Positions 56,686 through 63,686 of a stretch of 64,000 nt of DNA are shown here, in pieces. The stretch spans positions 3,601,817 through 3,665,816 of the forward strand of contig OZ245439.1 in assembly GCA_965226875.1 (NCBI GenBank). Direction: 5' to 3'. Position numbers and translations under genes: made by a program. Numbering within the stretch: position 1 is the stretch's first letter; every line of letters starts with the position of its first letter. The DNA comes from Dehalococcoidia bacterium. GTDB lineage: Bacteria; Chloroflexota; Dehalococcoidia; Lucifugimonadales; UBA3495. The notes beneath the pieces are model-generated. The model was given only the letters and a program-made list of their open reading frames with translations. It ran no database searches and was not told the DNA's origin.

Positions 56686-59301
56686 ATGAGTAGCAACGTC
56701 AGGAAAATTCTCTTCGGTGAGAAGCAGGCCAAGAACCCTCCGGCGCTCTTGGCGGTTACGCCCCACCGCACCGGTGAGCGCACCCTGCTGGGCGTGGAGA
56801 ACCTGCTACAGTCCGTCGCGGTCCCCGAACCATTCTCCCTGGAACTGGCCGGGGACATGGACGGCGTCACCCTCATGGCCCGCTGCCAGGATGACCGGGT
56901 GGTCAGGCAGCAAATCGCCGCCCACTACCCCCAGGCCCGTATCCGGGAGGTGGCCCCCGGCGACGACCCCATGCGCCGCCGCCAGGGCGAGCTGGCCTGG
57001 GGCCTTAACCTGCGGGCCGAGGGGCCGGAGTACGTGCCCCTGCGCACTTTCCGGGACGACGACCTGCTGGACCCCGGCTCCGACCCACTGTTGGCCGTCA
57101 TCGGCTCCCTGTCCTCCCTGCGCCCCGGCGAGCGCATCGTGTCCCGGCTGCTGCTGCGCTCCCTGGGACCCGAGTGGTCCCAGTCCCACCAGGCCAAGGC
57201 CCACAAGCGGGCCGTCCCCGAACCCCGCGACCCGTCCTACACCTACCACACCCGGCCCCTCCAGGTGGACGGGGTGACGATGGCGGTGCTGGGCGCCGGG
57301 GCGCTGGCCGCCCTGCGGGGCTACCTGTGGGTCTAGGACGGGGAGATACTTAAGGCGTCGCTGCTGGGGGTTGGCACCGCCTCCGGCCTGGCGGTGGCCG
57401 GTTGGGGCTGGTGGCGCTGGAAGCAGGCCCGCAACCGGGTCTACGACCCGCTTCTGATACGGGAGAAGGTCTCCCGCATCGCCTTCGACGCCGAAATCCA
57501 GCTCACCGCCTTCCTGCCCGCCGAGGCCGGCACCGAGCGGGCCTGCGACCTGCTGGAGGGGGTGGCCGCCGCCTACCGCCATTACGACCACCCCGCCGGG
57601 GCCAGGTTAAAGGCCAGCAAGATACGGCCCCTGTTTCCTGCGGCCAGCCTCCACCCCGCCGGGCCGGGCCTGTTCGGCGCGCGCAGCGTCCTGGGCGTGC
57701 GCGAGGCGGCCACCCTGTGGCACCCGCCCGGCGAAAGCGATGAAACACCCCAAGTGGAGCGCTCCGGCTCCAGGACGCTGGCGCCACCGGCGCGGGGCGT
57801 GCGGACTGGCGCCCCGGTGGGCGACTCCACCGGCGGCGTGCCCCGCGAGGTCAACTTCTCCGCCGACCTGCTCAAGCGCCACCACCTCTACGTCGCCCGC
57901 ACCCGCATGGGCAAGTCCACCCTGATGCACCACGTCGTCGCCCACAAGCTCCGGGAGAAGGCGGCGGGCCGGGACAATGACGCCATCATTGTGGTGGACC
58001 CCCACGCCGACCTGGTCGCCGGGCTGCTGGAGCAGGTGCCGGAGTCCGTCATTGACCGGGTGAAGCTCATAGACCTGGCCGACAACGCCGGGGCGCCGGG
58101 CATCAACCTGCTGGACACCCGCATCTTCGCCGACCGGGACCGCACCGCCGACTCGGTGGTGCGGGTGGCGAAAGGGCTTTGGGACCAGTGGGGGCCGAGG
58201 ATGCAGTCCATCCTGGAACACACCGTCAAGACCCTGCACGAGGCCAACGAGAGCATGGACGAAGACGGCCAGTACACCATCCTGGACGGGCTGAAGCTGC
58301 TTTCCGACGGGAAGTTTCGCGCCGAGACGCTGGCAAAGCTATCCGATCCTTACCTGCTGGAGTGGTGGACCCGGGATTTCGATAACTGGCACCGCCAGTA
58401 CCGCTCCGAGGCCATCGCCCCGGTGCAGACCCGGCTGGCCTACTACGCTTCCTCCAAGCTCGACTTTACGCAAAATCCAGGAAAAGTAATGGATGACATC
58501 ACCTTTGTGCGTAGCCACTGGTGGTTGGTGTCGGAGGGTTTTTCACTATCGACCGCCAACTCCGATGTACAGAAACTCCCCGCCACTCTGTACCATCGTA
58601 TTGCAGATTCCCTCGCTTATGCCGCTTAAAATGCGTAAAGTCCAGCCAAGAAGGCCAGGGCCATCCTGGGACAGCCCCGCTCCACCATCGACCTGCGGGA
58701 GACCATCCTGGACGGCGGCGTTCTGCTGGTCTCCACCGCCCAGGGAACGGCGGGTAGGGACGTGGCCGCCCTGGTGGGAGCCTCCCTGCTCAACCTGGTG
58801 GACTCGGTGATCCGGGAGCAGGAGAGCCTGCCCCTGCACCGGAGGCGTGGGGCGCTGGTCGTTGTCGACGAGATGCAGTCCATGCCCGGCGTCGACTACG
58901 AGTCCATGTTGTCAGAGTTGGGCAAGTACGGCGCCAGCTTCGTCCTGGCCACCCAGAGCCTAGCCAAACTGGACGACCTCTCCCGCACCATGCAGGACAC
59001 CATCCTGGCCAACGTGGGCTGCCTGGCCGTGTTCCAGGTGGCGGGCACCGACGCCCGCCGCCTGGTCTGGGAACTGGGTAAGGACCGCGTTACCGAAGAC
59101 GACATCACCTCTCTGCCCGTCCATCACTGCTACGTGCGGGCCACCGTGGGCACCGACCGGATGCCCGCTTACTCGATGATGGTGCGCAAGCCCGAGCCGG
59201 GGGATCCTGAAATTGCCGCCCGGGTCCGTGCCCAGGCCCAGGGATACACCACCAGGGCCGGGGAGATCGCCGTCGCCAACGGCAAGACTAATTGTCGTTG
59301 A
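56686..59301 (+). pseudogene. type IV coupling protein (VirD4/TraG/TraD-like ATPase) carrying three lesions
   Basis: One reading frame runs throughout. An in-frame TAG at 57334-57336 falls between two TM helices (...ALRGYLWV*DGEILKASLLGVGTASGLAVAGWGWW). Walker A RTRMGKST, IIVVDPHADL, then a 187-bp MITE at 58459-58645. The frame resumes KARAILGQPRST...LVVVDEMQSMPG...FVLATQS. The last 11 codons come from an IS21 end remnant. Confidence 0.8.
58459..58645. mobile_element. 187-bp MITE with 14-bp terminal inverted repeats and 5-bp duplication CCAAG
   Basis: Left TIR CTCGACTTTACGCA at 58459-58472; right TIR TGCGTAAAGTCCAG at 58632-58645 (13/14 match). CCAAG occurs at 58454-58 and 58646-50. Removing 192 nt restores the coupling-protein frame. 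Confidence 0.8.
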
Positions 59302-59304
59302 TCA
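59271..59304 (-). mobile_element. solo remnant of the IS21 left end
   Basis: CGTCGCCAACGGCAAGACTAATTGTCGTTGATCA matches 26183-26216 of IS21 copy A at 33/34 positions. Similarity stops exactly at the IS terminus. Confidence 0.75.
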
Positions 59305-59469
59305 AGAGGGGGAGCAGAAGCTAAACGAGTACCACCGGCTGCTGCTGGAGAGACAGCAGGGCAACGTGGTGAGCCAGGCGCAACAGAACCCCGCTCCGGC
59401 TCGCAACAGACAGCGCAGCAGGCACAACCCGGCGGGAGGAGGCTCCGCCAAAGACGCGGAACGGGAAGA

Positions 59470-61086
59470 ATGACCTTCACCCATTGCGAGACCGGCCTGC
59501 CGCGCCAGCTGGCGGAGACGCCCTTTGCCGACCGGTTGGACCTGGCGGCCCTGTCCGGCTGGTCCAGGGGCGCGGTGTACGCCGCTATGGACAAGCTTAT
59601 GGAATGGGGGATGGTCGATGCCATCCCCCACGCCACACCGCTGCTCCCGCCTGCCAGGAGGTACTGCCTTACTGCCCACGGCCTGCGCAGTCTGGCGGAG
59701 ATTGACGCCGTGGCCTTGGAAGAACTGCTGCGCCGACGCCCGGTGTCAGCCCGCTGGCAGCGCATCCTGCTGGAGCGTCTTGATGTTCTTGCGGTGATTT
59801 ACCGCCTGGCCGCCGCCGTCGCCAACTTTGATTTTTCCATCGGCGTCCGCTGGTTCCGCGCTGCCCCGGCGGACACCGGTATCGTGCTGCCCGGCGGGCG
59901 CACCATAGCCCTGGTGCGCCAGGGCCTCACCGCCGACCGCACCGGCTTTTCCAAGAGGCTCTGGCGGCTGCGTGAGGGGCCGCTGCCCGGCGGCGTCCTG
60001 GTGCTGGCCCCCGACGAGGTGCGGCTGCGCCAGGCCCGCCGGTTGCTGGCCAGTGCGAGCTTCCCTGTCTTCCTGGCCCTGGAAAAGGACGCCGCCCTGG
60101 CGGGCCTGGATTCCCCGGTGTGGCGTCCCCCTACCGTCGCCGCCGACCTGGACCTACGCTACGTGCTGTCCCACCTGGACCGGGGCGGCGGTTTGCCGGT
60201 GGAGGCCCAGCCCATGCGTGTGGCCTTACCCGGCGACATAGACCTGGACGGCCCGGCCTCCGACTACCTGCTGCCTGTAATGCTCACTCCCGCCGAGAAG
60301 CGCGCCGTGGACCTGCTCTCCGACTGGCCCTGGGCGTCCAAGCAGGACTTGGCCGGCCTGATGGGTGCGACGGTGCGGCGGGTGTCCCAGTTGATCGCCA
60401 GGCTGCAAGACTTGGGACTGGTGGTCCATGCCAACGCCATAGGAACACGGCGGCTGGCCCTGTCGGACCAGGCGCTGGGGCTGCTGGCCCGCCGCGACCG
60501 CACATCGGTTGGCATGGCGCGGCGGCGGTGGAGCGTTGCGCCATTGGATCCGCAAGCGCCGTTGACCTGGCGAAACGTTTCCGGCTCCCGCAGCCGTCAG
60601 TTGCTCCGCAACGCCGAGCACACCGGCGCGGTACATCGATTCTTGGTGGCCCTGTCAACCCAGGCCCGCGTGGCAGGCTGGGAGATAGTGCAGCTCGACC
60701 CGCCCCGGCGGGCGTCGCGCTACTTCCGCCACGACGGGCGGCTGCACTCGGTGCGGCCCGACGCCTTCGGCGTCCTGCGCCGGGGTGAGAAGACCCTGCC
60801 TTTTTTCCTGGAATGGGAGCGCCGGGCGGTGCGGCCCGGCACGATGGCGGCGCGACTCGCCCCCTACCTGCGCTACTACGCTACACGGCGGCCCCTGGAC
60901 GATCACGGCGCTATCCCCGCCGTCCTGGTGGTCTTCGACGACGACCTGGCGGCCACCCACTTCCTGCGGGTGGCCCGGCAGGAGATGGAGCGCGCCGGGG
61001 TGGAGGTGCCACTTCGAGTTTCCCATAAGGCCGCGCTGGAAGGTCAGGGGCCGTTGGGACGGGGTTGGACTACTTCTGACCGATGA
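59470..61086 (+). CDS. replication-relaxation family protein (wHTH N-terminus; possible relaxase surrogate)
   Basis: 538 aa. The C-terminal region HTGAVHRFLVAL...VRPDAFGVLRRGEKTLPFFLEWERRAVRPGTMAARLAPYLRYY resembles the plasmid replication-relaxation family as I recall it. Its position after the coupling protein fits. Confidence 0.55.
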   Translation: MTFTHCETGLPRQLAETPFADRLDLAALSGWSRGAVYAAMDKLMEWGMVDAIPHATPLLPPARRYCLTAHGLRSLAEIDAVALEELLRRRPVSARWQRILLERLDVLAVIYRLAAAVANFDFSIGVRWFRAAPADTGIVLPGGRTIALVRQGLTADRTGFSKRLWRLREGPLPGGVLVLAPDEVRLRQARRLLASASFPVFLALEKDAALAGLDSPVWRPPTVAADLDLRYVLSHLDRGGGLPVEAQPMRVALPGDIDLDGPASDYLLPVMLTPAEKRAVDLLSDWPWASKQDLAGLMGATVRRVSQLIARLQDLGLVVHANAIGTRRLALSDQALGLLARRDRTSVGMARRRWSVAPLDPQAPLTWRNVSGSRSRQLLRNAEHTGAVHRFLVALSTQARVAGWEIVQLDPPRRASRYFRHDGRLHSVRPDAFGVLRRGEKTLPFFLEWERRAVRPGTMAARLAPYLRYYATRRPLDDHGAIPAVLVVFDDDLAATHFLRVARQEMERAGVEVPLRVSHKAALEGQGPLGRGWTTSDR

Positions 61087-61089
61087 TTG

Positions 61090-61451
61090 TTACTTTGTCT
61101 TCTTGCCGAATTCTATCGGATCCCCGAAATAGTCCTCCAGCTCTAGTATTACAACGACGCTTCCTCAATTTAGTCAGTTCATGGCCGGAAATCGCTTCAC
61201 GGAAGGCGAGGCCACAAAGCTGTCAATCGCGTGGGCAGATCGCCATGAAGAGGTGCTCAAGGTCCCTTTCTTGCGAACAGTCGTTGTAATACTAGGGAGC
61301 AGGTCAGCTCTGCTTTGGCTGCTTCGGGCATGGCGTTTCGCAACCGGCCATTCAGGTTTTGCCAGATTGTCTGACGGTGACCCTTCCCTGCCAGGAAGCT
61401 GTCCCCACCCTTCTTGTACTTCTTCCTTTGCTCAAGTATGGAAACCCTCAC
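61090..61451 (-). pseudogene. small ORF (71 aa when reconstructed) split by the IS701-derived mini-element
   Basis: GTG 61451 ...KKYKKGGDSFLAGKGHRQTIWQNLNGRLRNAMPEAAKAELTCS | element | LELEDYFGDPIEFGKKTK* (TAA at 61090-61092). The frame is restored if the element plus one CTAG are removed. Confidence 0.45.
61143..61295 (+). mobile_element. 145-bp deletion derivative (MITE) of the IS701-family element, flanked by CTAG
   Basis: TATTACAACGAC at 61147 and GTCGTTGTAATA ending at 61291, with CTAG on both sides. The interior encodes the missing transposase C-terminus (...SWPEIASRKARPQSCQSRGQIAMKR...), which continues the EELLR end of the truncated copy at 23838. Confidence 0.75.
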
Positions 61452-61486
61452 ACACCAGAACAGTCAGGGATTCTTGGCTCGGAATC

Positions 61487-61915
61487 CTAATCCAGTCCCA
61501 AGGGCGCCTGAAGCCTGACGAACTCTTCCGGCACCCCGAAGTGCTCCGCCACCTGCCAGGAGCAGGCCAGCCCTTCGTTTTCCGCCTCCTGCCCGTCCAT
61601 CAGCAGGGCGTGGGCGAAGTCGTTGGCCTCCCGCTCCTACTTGCAGCCCAGCATCGTGTTCTTGTACACCTCCAACTGATTCCCTAGGTGCATCGTCTTG
61701 TGTCCCAGGGCGTGGGCGATGTACCAGCGGCTTTCCTCCGGCCCCAGGCAGTCGGCGATGCAGATGACCCCGCCGACCTCCAATTCCTTCTGCTTCACCA
61801 GCGGCAGCCGCTCCACCCGATGCCCCATGATGTTGGCCACGGCCACCGCGTCAACCCGGCCGGTAAGCCCCAGTTTGCGCCGTAGGCACGCCCCTCTCCG
61901 GTGCGCCCGCGTCAT
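61487..61915 (-). pseudogene. ImmA/IrrE-like metallopeptidase with an in-frame TAG and a variant HAxxH motif
   Basis: ...SRWYIAHALGHKTMHLGNQLEVYKNTMLGCK * EREANDFAHALLMDGQE.... TAG at 61637-61639. The ATG overlaps the stop of the upstream XRE gene (ATGA). Confidence 0.65.
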
Positions 61916-62280
61916 TCCCCGGCCTCCGCCCGCCGCCGCCGTTCTTGGCGGACGAAGCGGATGAAGTTCTGGATGGTCTCGATATCCTCCAGCGGCAGTC
62001 CCTGGACGGCATCGTGAAACGAGACGCTTGCCTCCTTGAGCAGTTCGGTCTCCAGAACGTCCCGGCCCAGAATCCAGGCGGTGCTGACCTGGCAGCGAAA
62101 AGCCAGTTCTTCCAGGTGCTCGTGGGTGGGCTTGACCCGGCCCGCCTCCCAAGACCAGACGGTCTGGGAGGTGACCCCCACCTGCCGGGCCAGTTCCGCC
62201 TGGGTCAGGCCCAACTTCTGCCGGGCTTCGCGGATGCGGTCTCCGATGTTCTTCCACTGGTACTCCCTAGCTTCAGGCAT
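61912..62280 (-). CDS. XRE-family HTH repressor (ImmR/CI-like)
   Basis: From ATG 62280 (AAGGAGGG upstream): NIGDRIREARQKLGLTQAELARQVGVTSQTVWSWEAGRVKP. Co-transcribed with the ImmA-like gene. Confidence 0.8.
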   Translation of the reverse strand: MPEAREYQWKNIGDRIREARQKLGLTQAELARQVGVTSQTVWSWEAGRVKPTHEHLEELAFRCQVSTAWILGRDVLETELLKEASVSFHDAVQGLPLEDIETIQNFIRFVRQERRRRAEAGE

Positions 62281-62351
62281 GAGGGCCGTCCCTCCTTGCG
62301 AACTGGGGTACATATCCTGTGAACAAAATAGCACATTAGTACGGTTTTGTC

Positions 62352-62381
62352 TTGACATCCCACAAGGCAGCTTTCTACAAT
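62352..62381 (+). promoter_or_regulatory. sigma-70-like promoter TTGACA-18 nt-TACAAT reading toward 62437
   Basis: TTGACA at 62352-57 and TACAAT at 62376-81. A weaker face-to-face candidate lies on the minus strand (TTGTGG 62365-60, TACTAA 62341-36, also 18-nt spacing), reading toward the repressor. Confidence 0.6.
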
Positions 62382-62436
62382 CTATCTAATCGTACTCTAA
62401 GTTTGTTTAGATTACACCGGAGCCGGTAGAGAAGCA

Positions 62437-62682
62437 ATGACGCGCCGGAAGCATCCTATGATAAGGCTCAATTCCCAGGCGGTCTGGAACTATCTCGCAC
62501 TGAAGAAACGCCCCCAGAACTGGCTGGCCGACGAGCTCGGCATCAGCCGCAGCTACCTGTCCATGCTGCTCAACCACGACCGTGCCCCGTCTCGCAAGTT
62601 GCGTATCCGGATGCAGCGCTTCCTGGGCGTGGAGGATTTCAATGAGTTGTTCGTCGTCGAGTACCCCAGCCAAGGTGAGTAG
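62437..62682 (+). CDS. small XRE/Cro-like HTH protein
   Basis: 81 aa: NWLADELGISRSYLSMLLNHDRAPS. Divergent from the repressor gene. Confidence 0.65.
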   Translation: MTRRKHPMIRLNSQAVWNYLALKKRPQNWLADELGISRSYLSMLLNHDRAPSRKLRIRMQRFLGVEDFNELFVVEYPSQGE

Positions 62683-62992
62683 CCCTTTGACGCGACCCCA
62701 CCGGGGAAGGCCGGAGCCCACCATCGCGGGCCGCCCCTTCTTCTACGGCTCCGGCGTGCTGCCCGAGGACTTCTTCGAGCGCCTGGACAGCCTGAGGCGG
62801 GCCACCGGCCTCACCTGGACCGGCTTCGCTGACGCCTTGGGCGCCGACCGCAAGCAGGTGCTCCGCTGGAAGGAGGGCACCGAACCCTGCGGCGGGGCCA
62901 TGCTCTCCATCGTGCGCCTGGCCGGGGCGGTGCCCGGCGGCCTGGACATGATCATGGGGGACGGCTTCCTTTCGTCCTTGTGGAGACCGTAA
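62675..62992 (+). CDS. HTH protein, paralogue 1 of a tandem pair
   Basis: The candidate GTG 62675 overlaps the upstream stop. LPEDFFERLDSLRRATGLTWTGFADALGADRKQVLRWKEGTEPCGGAMLSIVRLA aligns with 62997..63263. Confidence 0.55.
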   Translation: MSSPLTRPHRGRPEPTIAGRPFFYGSGVLPEDFFERLDSLRRATGLTWTGFADALGADRKQVLRWKEGTEPCGGAMLSIVRLAGAVPGGLDMIMGDGFLSSLWRP

Positions 62993-62996
62993 GTCA

Positions 62997-63263
62997 ATGC
63001 CCCGCCAGAAGGCGCGCCACCGCCGGGGATACTACGAGTTCCCCGAGGACTTCCCTGAGTGTCTGCAACGGCTGAAGGAGGCCAGCGGGCTGTCCTGGAG
63101 CGAGCTTGCCCGCCGCCTGGGGACCAGCCCGCTGACCCTCCGGCGGTGGATGAAGGCAGGCGTCCAACCCAGCGGCCACTACCTGCTGGCCCTCCAGGAC
63201 TTGGCCGAGGAGCTGGGACTGGCCCACCTGCTCCCCAAGGCTAGGGCGCTGCACAGGGAGTAA
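62997..63263 (+). CDS. HTH protein, paralogue 2 of a tandem pair
   Basis: 88 aa: FPEDFPECLQRLKEASGLSWSELARRLGTSPLTLRRWMKAGVQPSGHYLLALQDLA. Confidence 0.6.
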   Translation: MPRQKARHRRGYYEFPEDFPECLQRLKEASGLSWSELARRLGTSPLTLRRWMKAGVQPSGHYLLALQDLAEELGLAHLLPKARALHRE

Positions 63264-63371
63264 GCCAGGGAGGATAAGCGGCGCCTCCACTTCTTACCTG
63301 CTGTTAAAGCCGCCATTTTCTGTTCCTCAAGGCGCTGCTACAGGTCGGCGGTCCCGGCGCAATCCCACTTT

Positions 63372-63407
63372 CTCATAGGGTGGTTCAAGCGTGAACCACC
63401 CTATGAG
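63372..63407. repeat. perfect palindrome CTCATAGGGTGGTTCA-AGCG-TGAACCACCCTATGAG (partner at 49364-49395)
   Basis: 16-bp arms. The shared core with the partner is GGGTGGTTCA-NGCG-TGAACCACCC. Lies about 100 bp upstream of the small ORF and recombinase genes. Confidence 0.95.
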
Positions 63408-63506
63408 GGATTACTTTCGTCGCTCCATCGAATCAGAGTAATAGGGAGACAATTGTTCTATTTGGCTTTCATAGAGCAAATCTTCACCACAACTGAGAGG
63501 CGCACA

Positions 63507-63686
63507 ATGAGTACCCCAAAGGGCCGGCGGGATTTGTCGCCAGACCTCCGGGTTTTCTTGACTGAGGTCAGCGAGGTTGTAAAGGAATACCTTGCGCTGA
63601 AGCGCCGGAAAAGTCATAAAATGATAAAGTTGACAAAGGAGGATGAAGACGACGATGAGAGCCGCAGGTTATTTTCGAGTCAGTGA
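63507..63686 (+). CDS. small basic/acidic hypothetical protein upstream of the recombinase (possible directionality factor)
   Basis: MSTPKGRRDLSPDLRVFLTEVSEVVKEYLALKRRKSHKMIKLTKEDEDDDE. Low-GC local context. It overlaps the recombinase start. A competing antisense ORF exists at 63411..63617. Confidence 0.3.
   Translation: MSTPKGRRDLSPDLRVFLTEVSEVVKEYLALKRRKSHKMIKLTKEDEDDDESRRLFSSQ

Noticed and set aside
57334-57336. TAG as a reassigned sense codon in the conjugative element.
   Set aside because: TAG is the evident terminator of at least five neighbouring genes of the same element. Read-through of 50114..51076 would overlap the next gene extensively in another frame. Nonsense mutation is the simpler explanation.
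63411-63617. 68-aa minus-strand ORF opposite the small ORF upstream of the recombinase.
   Set aside because: It competes with 63507..63686, which is co-oriented with and overlaps the recombinase start. Neither is well supported, and I kept only the co-oriented one at low confidence.
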